This document shows positions 1 through 11,642 of a stretch of 39,099 bases of DNA, one piece after another (position 1 is the first letter of the stretch; the number at the start of each line of letters is the position of its first letter). The stretch covers positions 1-39,099 of the forward strand of contig CAVWIH010000005.1 of the NCBI GenBank assembly GCA_963755025.1, given 5' to 3'. Below the pieces are notes generated by a model that worked only from the letters and a program-made list of their open reading frames with translations, was not told the DNA's origin and made no database searches. The stretch comes from an uncultured Actinomycetes bacterium. Lineage in GTDB: Bacteria; Actinomycetota; Thermoleophilia; UBA2241. The position numbers and the translations under genes are program-made.

Positions 1-508
1 ACGCCGACCTGACCAACCTCGGCAAGCTGATGGGTACCTCGGCGCAGGCGACCAAGGTCGCCGACACCATGAAGCAGCGCGCGACGGCGATCGAGCAGAA
101 GGTCGCCGGCCTGCCCAAGCAGAACGTCTTCGTCGAGATCTACAGCAAGCCGCTCATGACGGCCGGCACCGGCACCTACATCGACAACATGGTCGCCCTC
201 GCCGGCGGCACCAACATCGGCGACGCCGCCGGCAGCGGCTATCCGACCTTCAGCGAAGAGGTCCTGTTCAAGGACAACCCGCCGGTCTACATCGCCACCA
301 CCGGCAGCATGCAGAGCCCGGTCAGATCGCCAAGCGCAGCGGCTATAGCGCCCTGCAGGCCGTCAAGGACGGGCGCGTCTACGTCATCGACCAGAACTTC
401 CTCGATCGCCCCGGTCCGCGCCTGATCGACGGGCTTCAGGAGCTCGCCCAGGCCATCCACCCCGAGGCGTTCGGCTCGCCGTCGCCTTCGGCATCGGCGA
501 CGCCGTGA
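1..508 (+). CDS. Cobalamin/iron-siderophore ABC substrate-binding protein (BtuF-like), 5'-truncated, frameshift near 320
   Basis: ORF 30..425 has VFVEIYSKPLMTAGTGTYIDNMVALAGGTN. The shifted frame continues as ALQAVKDGRVYVIDQNFLDRPGPRLIDGLQELAQAIHPE to TGA 506-508, a typical BtuF/FepB C-terminus. Confidence 0.85.
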   Translation, partial: RRPDQPRQADGYLGAGDQGRRHHEAARDGDRAEGRRPAQAERLRRDLQQAAHDGRHRHLHRQHGRPRRRHQHRRRRRQRLSDLQRRGPVQGQPAGLHRHHRQHAEPGQIAKRSGYSALQAVKDGRVYVIDQNFLDRPGPRLIDGLQELAQAIHPEAFGSPSPSASATP

Positions 509-645
509 CCCATCCGACCGAGAGCCGGCGCGGCCACGACACGCGAGGGCGACGCCACGGCAACCCAGGTCGCTAGAGACGACAAGGCCAGAGGCCGACG
601 CGAGCGCGCCGGGCCGCCCGTGAGGGCTGGCCCGGCATCGCGCTG

Positions 646-1599
646 GTGGTCGGCCTCTCGCTGGCCTGCGTCGTCATCTCGCTGTCGTTCGGGCCGGCCT
701 CGCTGTCGCCCGCGCAGCTGTGGCACGAGCTGCTGGCGGGGCCGGGCGTGCGGACCCCCGACGGCATTATCTTCTGGCAGATTCGCATGCCCCGCGTGGT
801 GCTGTCGTTCCTGGTGGGCGGCGCGCTGGCCGTGGCCGGGGTGATCCTGCAGGACCTGTTCCTCAACCCGCTGACCGACCCCTACGTCACCGGCGTGTCG
901 TCAGGCGCCGCGCTGGGGGCGACCGTGGCGATCGTCCTCGGCCTCGCCGGAGGGCTGTGGCTCACCGGCATGGCGCTGATCGGCGGTCTCGCCACGCTGC
1001 TGCTGGTCTGGGCGGCGGCCCGCCGCCGCGGCCGCATCGACGTCTACGTCATGCTCCTTGCCGGAGTCACGGCGTCGTACCTGTTGAGCGCCATCATCAC
1101 CGTGGTCATGATCCGCGCCAACGATGACCTGGGGGCGATCCTCTACTGGCTGCTGGGCAGCTTCTCGGGGCGCACCTGGACCGACGTCGAAACGGCGCTC
1201 GTCGCGGTGCCCTTCATGATCGTGCCGCTGTTCTTCACCAAGGAGATGAACATCCTCCTGCAGGGCGAGAAGCGCGCCCTCGAGCTGGGCGTCGACGTGG
1301 AGCGTACCAAGGTGGTCTTAGTGGTGACGGCCGCCGTTCTCACGGCGGTCGCCGTCTCGGTGTCGGGCATCATCGCCTTCGTGGGGCTTATCATCCCGCA
1401 TCTCGTGCGCCTGCTGGTCGGACCCAGTCACCGCCGCCTGCTGCTGCTCTCGATGCTGATGGGGGCCGCCTTGCTGAGCCTGGCCGACCTCCTGGCGCGC
1501 ACCCTGGTGGCGCCCACCGAGCTGCCGGTCGGGGTGGTCACCACGTTCATCGGCGCGCCGGTGTTCGTCTATCTGCTGCGGCGGGGCAGGCGCGCATGA
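646..1599 (+). CDS. FecCD/BtuC-family ABC permease (true start probably upstream)
   Basis: Motifs IRMPRVVL, NPLTDPYVTGVSSGAALG, GIIAFVGLIIPH and ELPVGVVTTFIGAP; highly hydrophobic. Confidence 0.92.
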   Translation: MVGLSLACVVISLSFGPASLSPAQLWHELLAGPGVRTPDGIIFWQIRMPRVVLSFLVGGALAVAGVILQDLFLNPLTDPYVTGVSSGAALGATVAIVLGLAGGLWLTGMALIGGLATLLLVWAAARRRGRIDVYVMLLAGVTASYLLSAIITVVMIRANDDLGAILYWLLGSFSGRTWTDVETALVAVPFMIVPLFFTKEMNILLQGEKRALELGVDVERTKVVLVVTAAVLTAVAVSVSGIIAFVGLIIPHLVRLLVGPSHRRLLLLSMLMGAALLSLADLLARTLVAPTELPVGVVTTFIGAPVFVYLLRRGRRA

Positions 1600-2991
1600 G
1601 CGGGCTCGACACCACGGACGTCGCGGGCGGCGGCGCGGCGGGCGGCCCGGACGCCTCGCGTGCGGCAGCGGCCGGCAGCCCGGACGCCTGCCGTGCGGCC
1701 GTAGCCGCCAGCCCGGACGCCTCGCATGCGGCCGCCGAACGCCCCTCTCCGATCGTCGCGGTGCGCGAGGCGTCGTTTGCCTACGATCCCGACCACCCCG
1801 TGCTCAAGAGCCTGTCGTTCGACGTGGAACCCGGCGACTTCGTGGGGGTGGTCGGACCCAACGGCAGCGGCAAGAGCACGCTGCTCGACCTGATCGACGG
1901 CTTGCTCGCGCCGGGTTCCGGCGCGGTCCTCGTCAACGGCCGCGCGACCCGCCAGTACAAGCGCCGCGACATGGCTCGCGAGGTCGCCCTGGTGCCGCAG
2001 CACTTCGCGCTCGAGTTCGACCTTACCGTGCGCGAGGTGGTCGAGATGGGCGCCTACTGCCGCGGCGCCGAGTGCTCGCCGGCCAGCGTGGCCGCGGCGG
2101 CGCTCGGCAAGCTCGGCATAGCCGAGCTTGCCGAGCGCCGCTTCCCCCAGCTCTCGGGCGGCGAGAAGCAGATGGTCGTGCTGGCCCAGGCGCTCGTGCA
2201 GAACGCCGGCGTCCTGCTCCTCGACGAACCGGCATCGAGCCTCGATGTGTCTCATCAGCTGCGCCTGTTCGAGCTGCTCAAAGAGCTGAACGCCGACGGC
2301 CTCACCGTGATCTGCGTCCTGCACGACCTGAACCTGGCGCTCACCTATTTCAACCGGCTGCTGGTCCTGTCGCAGGGCGGCGTGGCTGCCTGGGGCCCGG
2401 CCGAAGAGGCGCTCTCGCCCGAGGTCCTCGAGGCCGTCTACGGCGTGCGCGCCCACGTGCACCACCACGCCGGCCGCACCTATCTCACGTTCTCGCCGCG
2501 AGCTCCCCGCCAGGCCGGCGGCCGAGGTCACGTGCACCTCGTCTGCGGCGGCGGCACCGGCTCGAGTCTCATGCGCGAGCTCACCGACCGCGGCTACGAG
2601 GTCAGCGCCGGGGTGCTGAACGCGCTCGACTCCGACGAGGTCACGGGCCGCGAGCTGGGCCTCTCGATGGCCGTCGAGGCGCCCTTCAGCCCCATCGGCG
2701 ACGACGCCCACGCCGAGAACCTGCGGCTCATGACCGCCGCCGACGTCGTCGTGCTCGCCGACGTGCCCCTCGGCCACGGCAACGCCCGCAACCTCGACGC
2801 CGTGCAGGTCGCCGCGCTGGCCGGCACGCCGGTCTGGGTCGCGGCGGCGCTCGGCGACAACGACCCCGGCGGCCTCGCCGACCGCCCTGAGCGGCGCGTC
2901 GCTGCGCCGCTACGACGACGAGCGCGAGGTCCTGCAGGGGCTTGCCGATCGGCAGGCCGGCGACGAGCGGAGCGGCTCGAGCCCGGAGTAG
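1596..2991 (+). CDS. BtuD/FecE-type ABC ATPase with an extra C-terminal domain, frameshift near 2885
   Basis: Walker A GPNGSGKST, signature LSGGEKQ, LLLDEP and LHDLN, then an extension VHLVCGGGTG...SAGVLNALDSD. The shifted frame ends at TAG 2989-2991, just before a terminator. The ORF-track extension to 3842 is an artefact. Confidence 0.88.
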
Positions 2992-3028
2992 GCTCTTGCC
3001 CCGGCCGGAGCGCCCGCCCCCGCATAGA

Positions 3029-3068
3029 CGAAGGGCGGGGTGACGATGACTCGTCACCCCGCCCTTCG
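3029..3068. terminator. Bidirectional intrinsic terminator hairpin
   Basis: Perfect 18-bp stem CGAAGGGCGGGGTGACGA-tgac-TCGTCACCCCGCCCTTCG between convergent genes. Confidence 0.8.
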
Positions 3069-3098
3069 GGACCCGCTTGCGCTTGTTGCGTCAGTCGA

Positions 3099-4634
3099 TC
3101 AGGTGCGCTCGACGGTGCCGTCCCAGGTGCTGACCTTCGTCTGGGCCTTGTCGGCGGTCGAGAACCAGCGGCTGGTGACGGCCTTGGTCTCGGTGAAGAA
3201 CCTGACGCCGTCGGCGCCCAGGCAGTGCGACTCGCCGAAGAACGAGTCCTTGTGGCCCGAGAACGGGAAGAAGGCGACCGGCACCGGGATGCCGACGTTG
3301 ATGCCGACCATGCCGCCGTGGCTGCGCTTGGCGAACTCACGGGCGTAGTAGCCGCTCTCGGTGTAGATGCACGAGCCGTTGGCGAAGCGGCTCTGGTTGG
3401 CCAGCTGCAGGCCCTCTTCGAAGTCCTTGATGCGCTTGATGAACGTGACCGGGCCGAAGACCTCTTCCCAGCCGCAGCTCATCTCGGGGGTGACGTGGTC
3501 GAAGATCGTCGGGCCCACGAAGAAGCCGTTCTTGTTGGCTTCGGGAAGCTGCGGCTTGCGGCCGTCGACGATGAGCTCGGCGCCCTCGGCGATCGACTTC
3601 TCGATCCACTCCAGCACGAACTCGCGGTGGCCGGCGCTGACGACCGGCCCGAGGTCGGTGTTGGGATCGTAGGCAGCACCGATGACGAGTGCCTTGGCGG
3701 CCTTCACGAGGTAGCCGACGAACTCGTCGGCGACGGACTCCTGCACGCAGATCGACGGCAGGGCCATGCAGCGCATGCCGGCGCAGCCGAACGTCGAGTT
3801 GATGATGCCGGCGGCCGAGCGCTCGAGCGCCGCGTCTTCTAAGACGATGCCGTGGTTCTTGGCCTCGGTCTGCGCCTGGACGCGCTTGCCGTGGGCGGCC
3901 GCGATCTCGTAGACGTGCAGGCCCACCGAGGTGGAGCCCACGAACGAGACGCCGCGGATGAGCGGGTGCGTGAGCAGGAGCTCGGCCTCGTTGCGGCCGC
4001 AGGTGAGCAGGTTGACGACGCCCTTCGGCATGCCGGCTTCCTGGAGCAGCTCGACCAGTCGGATGGCGGTGGTCGGCACCATGCTGGCGGCCTTCAGCAC
4101 CATCGTGTTACCAGTGACGATGCAGAGCGGCACCATCCAGCCGAAGGGGATCATGGCCGGGAAGTTGAAGGGTGCGATGCCGGCGAAGACGCCGAGCGGC
4201 TCGCGGTAGGTGACCGTGTCGTGCCCGGCCGACACGTTCATGAGCGACTCGCCCTTCATGAGCATGGGGGCGGCCATGGCGGTCTCGCAGGCCTCGAGCA
4301 CCTTGACGACCTCGCCGCGCGACTCGTCTAAGTTCTTGCCGAGCTCGGTGGCGGTGAGCAGGGCGATCTCCTCCATGTGGTCTTCGAGGAGGCCCTTCCA
4401 CTTGTAGATGACCTGGCAGCGCTTGGCGACGGTGAACTCGGACCACGTGAGGAATGCCTTGTGGGCCGACTGGATGGCCTCTTCGACCTCGCTGGCGGTC
4501 GCCTGGGGCGCCTGGGCGATGACGAGACCCGTGCTCGAGTCGGTGACCTCCATGTACTTCTCGGCGGCCGATTCGCGCCACTCGTTGTCGATGCAGATCT
4601 TGAGCGTCTTCACGTCGTTTACGACCTGTGCCAT
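3099..4634 (-). CDS. mmsA: CoA-acylating methylmalonate/malonate-semialdehyde dehydrogenase
   Basis: ALDH motifs PFNFPAMIP, SFVGST, RVQAQTEAKNH, GCAGMRCMA (catalytic Cys), EEVFGP and GMVGINVGIPVP, matching the MmsA/IolA subfamily. Confidence 0.9.
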   Translation of the reverse strand: MAQVVNDVKTLKICIDNEWRESAAEKYMEVTDSSTGLVIAQAPQATASEVEEAIQSAHKAFLTWSEFTVAKRCQVIYKWKGLLEDHMEEIALLTATELGKNLDESRGEVVKVLEACETAMAAPMLMKGESLMNVSAGHDTVTYREPLGVFAGIAPFNFPAMIPFGWMVPLCIVTGNTMVLKAASMVPTTAIRLVELLQEAGMPKGVVNLLTCGRNEAELLLTHPLIRGVSFVGSTSVGLHVYEIAAAHGKRVQAQTEAKNHGIVLEDAALERSAAGIINSTFGCAGMRCMALPSICVQESVADEFVGYLVKAAKALVIGAAYDPNTDLGPVVSAGHREFVLEWIEKSIAEGAELIVDGRKPQLPEANKNGFFVGPTIFDHVTPEMSCGWEEVFGPVTFIKRIKDFEEGLQLANQSRFANGSCIYTESGYYAREFAKRSHGGMVGINVGIPVPVAFFPFSGHKDSFFGESHCLGADGVRFFTETKAVTSRWFSTADKAQTKVSTWDGTVERT

Positions 4635-4689
4635 TTCGTTCCTCTCGTATCCGGGTTACCTGCGAATGGGGATACCTGCAGTAATTTAA

Positions 4690-5376
4690 TCACTTAATTA
4701 ATGCCGCTGCACCCAGGTCGGCGCCGAGCAGATCGGACAGGCCGTTGCGCAGGATGCTCTCGAGGGCGGCGTACGGCCGCGCGAGGTCGAAGTCGTCGTC
4801 GACCGCCTTTTGAATGGCGAGCCCGTCGACGACGGCCAGCATGAGCTCGGCGAACCCCAGGAGGGCGTCGAGTGGCAGCGGCGTCTCGCGTTCGTCGACC
4901 TTGAGCCAGTCGAGCTTGATCTGCCGGTACCAGTCGATGACCTCGGCGAGGCGCTTCTTGAAGCGCTCGTCGCGCACGGCGTAGGGCAGGATCTCGAAGA
5001 AGGCGCGAAACGACTCGGAGGCGCTGATGGTGCGCAGTCCCTCGACGAACTTGGGCAGCAGGTCGTCGCCGGTGACCGTGCTCATGATCTCGGCGACGGC
5101 TTGCTGGTCGTCGCGAAACGCGGAGTCGATCATGGCTTCGACCAGGCCGGCTTTGTTGCCGAAGTAGTACTGCACCATCGCCGAGTTCTCGCCCGACTCG
5201 GCGGCGATCGCCTTGAGGGTCAGCCCCGCGAAGCCCCTGGTCACGAGCACGTGCTGGGCTGCCGCCAGTATGCGCGCCGCGGTGGGCGGCAGCGCCGGCC
5301 GGGGGTCTTCGACGCCCGGAGACTTGCGGCGGTCGGGCGCCGGCATCTCGCTCAGTCGATCGGATACGGAAGGCAT
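4690..5376 (-). CDS. TetR/AcrR-family transcriptional regulator
   Basis: N-terminal HTH RILAAAQHVLVTRGFAGLTLKAIAAESGENSAMVQYYFGNKAGL. Confidence 0.92.
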   Translation of the reverse strand: MPSVSDRLSEMPAPDRRKSPGVEDPRPALPPTAARILAAAQHVLVTRGFAGLTLKAIAAESGENSAMVQYYFGNKAGLVEAMIDSAFRDDQQAVAEIMSTVTGDDLLPKFVEGLRTISASESFRAFFEILPYAVRDERFKKRLAEVIDWYRQIKLDWLKVDERETPLPLDALLGFAELMLAVVDGLAIQKAVDDDFDLARPYAALESILRNGLSDLLGADLGAAALIK

Positions 5377-5382
5377 GTGGCC

Positions 5383-5405
5383 AGTCTACTCAATCGATTG
5401 ATTAG
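5383..5405 (-). promoter_or_regulatory. tetR leaderless -10 overlapped by a palindromic operator
   Basis: TAGACT (5388-5383) lies 6 nt before the ATG. Near-perfect 20-bp palindrome CTAcTCAATCGATTGAtTAG at 5386-5405. Confidence 0.7.
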
Positions 5406-5430
5406 TTGTGAAGGGGGTCACGACAGAAAG

Positions 5431-5466
5431 GAGCCGCGGAGCTCGCTTTGGCGAGCTCCGCGGCTT
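5431..5466 (-). terminator. Terminator hairpin downstream of the opp/dpp operon
   Basis: AGCCGCGGAGCTCGC-tttg-GCGAGCTCCGCGGCT stem, followed by CCTTTC on the minus strand. Confidence 0.75.
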
Positions 5467-5572
5467 TCGGGCCCACTTGGTGGCTCGAGCCGGGTGGCTC
5501 GGGCCGCTCAGCGACCTGGCCGCCTGGTGAGCCAGGCACCTGATGGCTTGGCCACTCGCTGGCCTCGTCCGC

Positions 5573-6505
5573 TCAGCTGTATTTCACCCGCGGGTCGAGC
5601 CAGGTGTAGGCGATGTCGGTGAGCAGGTTGGCGAGCACCACGAGCAGGGCCGCGAACTCGACCGTGCCCATGATCATCGGGTGGTCGAGGTTCTCGATCG
5701 CCTGCCAGGCCTGCCAGCCGATGCCCGGTATGCCGAACACGATCTCGACGATCAGCACCCCGCCCAGGAACCAGCCGATGTCCATGCCCAGCAGCGTGAT
5801 GATCGGCGACCAGGCGTTGCGCATGATGTGGCGCCAGATGACGGTGCGCTCGGGCAGCCCCTTGGCGCGCGCCGCCTTGACGTAGTCTGCGTTCAGGATG
5901 TCGAGCATCTTCGAACGCACCATGCGCGAGTACCAGGCGGCGCCGGTAAGACCCAGCGTAAGCCCCGGCAGGATAAAGTAGAGGGGGTGCAGCGCCCCCG
6001 GGTACGACTGGATGTTGGGGAAGATCGGCAGGCGAAAGGCGAAGAAGTACAGCAGGAGGATGCCCAGGAAGAAGGTCGGCATAGACACGGCCACCAGGCT
6101 GAAGATGGTGCCCGCGCGGTCGCGCACGCTGTACTGGTGCAGAGCAGAGATCATGCCGATCGGGATGCCGATGAGCAGCTCGAAGATGAGCCCGAAGACG
6201 GCGATCATGACCGTCGCCGGGAAACGCTGCAGGATGGATTGGGTCACGGGCAGCTGGTTGGTGTACGAGTAACCCAGGTTGCCGTGCGCGAGGTGCCACA
6301 TGTACAGGCCGTACTGGTAGTAGAGCGGCCTGTCGAGGCTCAGGCTGTGGCGGATCTGGGCGAGCACCGCCGGCGTGGCGTGGGGCCCGGCGATCTGCTT
6401 GGCCGGGTCGGCCGGAATGGCGAAGGCCAGCAGGAACGTGATCAGGCTCACGCAGAAGACCACCACCACGGCCCACAACAGCCGCCGCACTATGTATCTG
6501 CCCAT
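5573..6505 (-). CDS. Peptide ABC permease (OppB/DppB family)
   Basis: MGRYIVRRLL..., YVKAARAKGLPERTVIWRHIMRNA (EAA loop), IVEIVFGIPGIG. Confidence 0.93.
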   Translation of the reverse strand: MGRYIVRRLLWAVVVVFCVSLITFLLAFAIPADPAKQIAGPHATPAVLAQIRHSLSLDRPLYYQYGLYMWHLAHGNLGYSYTNQLPVTQSILQRFPATVMIAVFGLIFELLIGIPIGMISALHQYSVRDRAGTIFSLVAVSMPTFFLGILLLYFFAFRLPIFPNIQSYPGALHPLYFILPGLTLGLTGAAWYSRMVRSKMLDILNADYVKAARAKGLPERTVIWRHIMRNAWSPIITLLGMDIGWFLGGVLIVEIVFGIPGIGWQAWQAIENLDHPMIMGTVEFAALLVVLANLLTDIAYTWLDPRVKYS

Positions 6506-6550
6506 TGCCTCAGGCCTCCGCTCGGTGGGCCGCGTGTGTCACCGCGGCCG

Positions 6551-8245
6551 TCACTTCTTCCAGTAGCTCGGAAAGTCGAACGTCCAGGCGGGGCTCGTGT
6601 AGAAGCCGCCGGTGGCCGTGGACGACATGGTCGTGAGGATCGGCTGGTACAGCGGCACGATGGGCGCCTGCGCCATGATGGTCTGCTGCATCTGCTCGTA
6701 GAGCTTGGTGCGCGCCGCGCCCGGCGCCATGGGCTGCGACTGGCTGTAGAGCGACTCGACCTGCGGGCTCCACCACCAGCTCACGTTGGCGCTGCCGTCG
6801 GTGGTGGCCGCCGACTTGCTGAACAGTGGGCCGATCCAGTCGGACGGGTCGGGGTAGTCCATGTACCAGTCGGTCAGGCCGATCGGCACTTTGGCGCTCT
6901 GGCGCTCGATCAGGCCCCAGTAAGGCGCCTCGGCGAGCTGCTTGATACTGGCCTTGATGCCGACCTGGGACAGGTCGTACTGGATGGTCTGGGCGAGCTT
7001 GGGCATGGGGTCGACGTTGTGCGTGTAGAAGGTCACCGAAAAACCGTTGGGGTAGCCGGCCTGCGTGAGAAGTTGCTTGGCCTTGGCCGGGTCGTACGTG
7101 TAGAACTGGGCGCCGGCGACGTGCCCCGGCATGCCCTCAGGGAAGACCTGGTTGAGCGGCTGCGCCTGTCCGTAAAGGAGCTTCTGGATCTTGGCGGTGT
7201 CGATGGCGTAGTTCACGGCCTGGCGCACGAGCGCGTTGTCGAACGGTTTCACCTGCACGTTCATGAACACGTAGTACCAGCCGACCTCGGGAGCGGCCGT
7301 GACCTGCTTCTTCCAGGTGGGGTTCGAGGTGACCTGCACGTACTGGCCCGACGGTATGCCGCTGCCCAGCACGTCGATCTGGCCGCTCTCCAGCTGCAGC
7401 AGCGCGGTCGTCGAGCTGGCGGCGAACTCGAACTTGAGCTCGTCGAGGTAGGGATGGCCGGCCACGAAGTAGTTCGGGTTGCGCTTGAGCACGATCTCCT
7501 GGCCGTTGCTCCAGTGATCGAACATGAAGGGCCCTGTGCCCAGCGGGTGGCGCGCGATGGCCTTGTTCGAATACTTCGCCTCCCACTCCCTGGCGAGCAC
7601 CGCGGTGAACGGCAGGGCCATGACCTCGTCGAAGATGTAGTTGGGCTGCGTCAGGTCGATCTCGAGCGTGTAGGGGTTGACGACCTTGATGCCGGCGGCG
7701 TGCGTCGCCTTGCCGGCCTCGAGCGCCTTGGCGCCCACGATCGAGTCGTACAGGTAGCCTGCCGGCGCGCGCGGCGACATCTTGGGGTTGAGCATGCGCT
7801 CCAGCGACCACTTGAAGTCGGTCGCCGTGACCTCGCGGCTCACCGGCGGCTGGAACATGACGCCGTGGCGCAGGTGGAAGGTGTAGGTCTTGCCGCCGTT
7901 GGTGATGCCGCCGTTGGCCACCGAGGGCACCACGGTGGCGATGTCGGCGGTCACGGTGGCCGGTCCCGGTTGTGCGGCGTAGGTCAGCAACTGGTTGAAG
8001 AGGCAGTGCTCGATCGACCACGACTCGATCTCCCAGGCCACGGCCGGGTCGAGCCCGGTGGGCTCGCCCTGAAACGAGACGTTCAGCGTGCCGCCCGTCT
8101 TGGGCGTTGTGCTCGTCGTGGCACCGCCACCGCTGCCGCTCGTCGAGCTGCCGCAGCCGGCCAGCAGGGCGATGAGCCCGGCCGCGGCCAGAATCAGCAG
8201 GATGAGCATCCATCTCGATCGGTGATTCCTGTGTGATGCTGCCAT
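6551..8245 (-). CDS. Peptide ABC substrate-binding lipoprotein (OppA/DppA family 5)
   Basis: Start MAASHR at 8245 with lipobox LLAGC; GLDPA, GKTYTFHLRHGVMF, GTGPF, PFDNALVRQAVNYAID. Confidence 0.92.
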   Translation of the reverse strand: MAASHRNHRSRWMLILLILAAAGLIALLAGCGSSTSGSGGGATTSTTPKTGGTLNVSFQGEPTGLDPAVAWEIESWSIEHCLFNQLLTYAAQPGPATVTADIATVVPSVANGGITNGGKTYTFHLRHGVMFQPPVSREVTATDFKWSLERMLNPKMSPRAPAGYLYDSIVGAKALEAGKATHAAGIKVVNPYTLEIDLTQPNYIFDEVMALPFTAVLAREWEAKYSNKAIARHPLGTGPFMFDHWSNGQEIVLKRNPNYFVAGHPYLDELKFEFAASSTTALLQLESGQIDVLGSGIPSGQYVQVTSNPTWKKQVTAAPEVGWYYVFMNVQVKPFDNALVRQAVNYAIDTAKIQKLLYGQAQPLNQVFPEGMPGHVAGAQFYTYDPAKAKQLLTQAGYPNGFSVTFYTHNVDPMPKLAQTIQYDLSQVGIKASIKQLAEAPYWGLIERQSAKVPIGLTDWYMDYPDPSDWIGPLFSKSAATTDGSANVSWWWSPQVESLYSQSQPMAPGAARTKLYEQMQQTIMAQAPIVPLYQPILTTMSSTATGGFYTSPAWTFDFPSYWKK

Positions 8246-8283
8246 GGTGACCCCCCCGGCGCGGCGCGCGCGCCTTGCGGCGC

Positions 8284-9341
8284 TCACCGGCGCCGCTGTT
8301 GTGGGTCGAAGGCGTCGCGCAGACCGTCGCCGACCAGGTTGAAGGCAAGCACGGTGATCATGATGCAGAGGCCCGGGAAGAGCGTGAGCCACAGGGCGCT
8401 CGTGTAGTACTGCTGGCCGTCGGCGATCATCTGGCCCCACGAGGGCGTCGGCGGTTGCACGCCGAGACCGATGAACGACAGCCCGGCCTCGAGCAGTACG
8501 GTGGTGGCAATGCCTAAGCTCGTGTAGACGATGATCGGCGCCACCAGGTGGGGCAGGATGTGGTTGGTCAGGATGCGGCGGTCGGTGCAGCCGGTCAGGC
8601 GCGCCGCCATGACGAACTCCTTCTCGCGGATCGACAGCACCTCGCCGTGGATGACGCGCGTCATGGGCGCCCAGTAGACGATGCCGATGACCACGACGAG
8701 CACCCAGATGCCGGGCTTGCTGATCGACGACGACAGGGCGATGGCCAGCAGGAAGATGGGGAAGGCCAGCATCACGTCGGTGGCGCGCATGATGAGCGTC
8801 TCGAGCCAGCCGCGGAAGTAGCCGGCGAGGATGCCGAAGATCACGCCGAGCAGCAAGGCGAAGCCGTTGGCCAGAACGCCGATCACCAGGCTCACGCGGG
8901 CGCCGTACATGAGGCGGCTGAGCATGTCGCGGCCGAGCAGGTCGGTGCCCAGCCAGAAGTGTCGCCCGGGGGCCACCGGCTGGCCTTTGGCCGTGAGCCC
9001 GCTGTCGAACTGCGTAAGCGGACTGTGCGGCGCCAGCCAGGGGGCGAAGACGGCGACGATCACCAGCAGGATGATGACGACGAGGCCGGCGACCGCGAAC
9101 TTGTCCTTGCGAAAACGGCCCCAGACCTGGCTCCAGGTGCCGCGCGTCTCGATGATCTCGGCCTCGGGCAGCCACTCGCCGTAGGCCTCGGCGCCGACCA
9201 GCTCGGACTCGGAAAGGCCTTCGTGGGCAAGCCTGTCCTCGCGTTCGAGTGTCATCTCGAGCTCGGGTTCCCAGGTGCGTCCGGCACCGCGCCGTATCTC
9301 AGAGCGATAGTCCGGGATGGAGTCGTCGGGCGGCAGTGGGC

Positions 9342-9345
<4 letters not shown>
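8284..9345 (-). CDS. Peptide ABC permease (OppC/DppC family)
   Basis: [52 protein letters not shown]. Confidence 0.93.
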
Positions 9346-10457
<1,112 letters not shown>

Positions 10458-11642
10458 GTTCGGCGCCCGGAACGCCGGCGCTCTGCTCGGGGCGCGCCCG
10501 GCACGGGCGCGGCGTAGGGGTCGCCGGCCATCTCAGACGACGCCGTCGCGACGAGCTGGTCGGCGTGGAAGCAGGCCGACAGGCGCCCCGGCGCGGTGGG
10601 CATGAGCGCGGGGCGCTCGACGCGGCACTGCTCGGTGCGCAGCACGCAGCGCTGCCCAAAGGCGCAGCCCGGGGGCAGGTGGGCGAGGTCGGGGGGCAGG
10701 CCCTCGATCGACTGCAGCGTCACCTTGCGCGGCTCGTCTAAGCGCGGCACCGAGCGCAGCAGGCCGACCGTGTAGGGGTGGTGCGGGTGGCCGAAGAGCT
10801 CCTTGGCGGTGGCCGACTCGACGATGCGCCCGGCGTACATCACGAGGATGCGCTCGGTCATGCCGGCGACCACGCCGAGGTCGTGGGTGATCAGCATGAT
10901 GGCGGCGCCGTAGTCGTGCGAGAGCTGCTTCATGAGGTGCAGGATCTGTGCCTGGATGGTGACGTCGAGCGCCGTGGTGGGCTCGTCGGCGAGCAGCAGC
11001 TTGGGGTTGCACGACAGCGCGATGGCGATCATGACGCGCTGGCGCATGCCGCCCGAGAACTGGTGGGGATAGTCGCGCAGGCGCTCGACGGCCTTGGGTA
11101 TGCCGACCGTCTCGAGCAGCTCGACGGAGCGCTTCACGGCGTCGGCGTGGCTCACGCCGAGGTGGTTCTCGATGCCCTCGGTCATCTGCCGTTCGATCGA
11201 CAGCACCGGGTTGAGCGAGGTGACCGGGTCCTGGAAGATCATGGCCATGTCGCGGCCGCGCACGCGGCGCACCTCGCGCTCGGGCAGGGCGAGCAGGTCG
11301 CGCCCCATGAACTCGACGCTGCCGCCGACCGTGGAGTTGCTCATCATGCGCACCAGGCCGAGGATGGCGAGCGCGCTGATGCTCTTGCCGCAGCCCGATT
11401 CGCCGACCAGGCCGACCGTCTCGCCGGGCGCGATGGCAAAGCTCACGCCGTCGACGGCGTGGACATTGCCTTCCTGGCTGTCGAACGTCACAGCGAGGTC
11501 GGTGACCTTGAGCAGACTGTCTCCCTGCGCTGACACAATCTGTATCAAAGGTTTTTATCGGACCTTTGGCAAGCCGCGTAGGGAAAAGTATCATGGCCGC
11601 GCAGCAGCAGAGACCACCGCGACCCGGGGGCCACGAACGACC

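Noticed and set aside
1596-3842. 748-aa ABC ATPase fusion overlapping mmsA
   Set aside because: It results from a frameshift near 2885. The real stop is at 2991, followed by a terminator.
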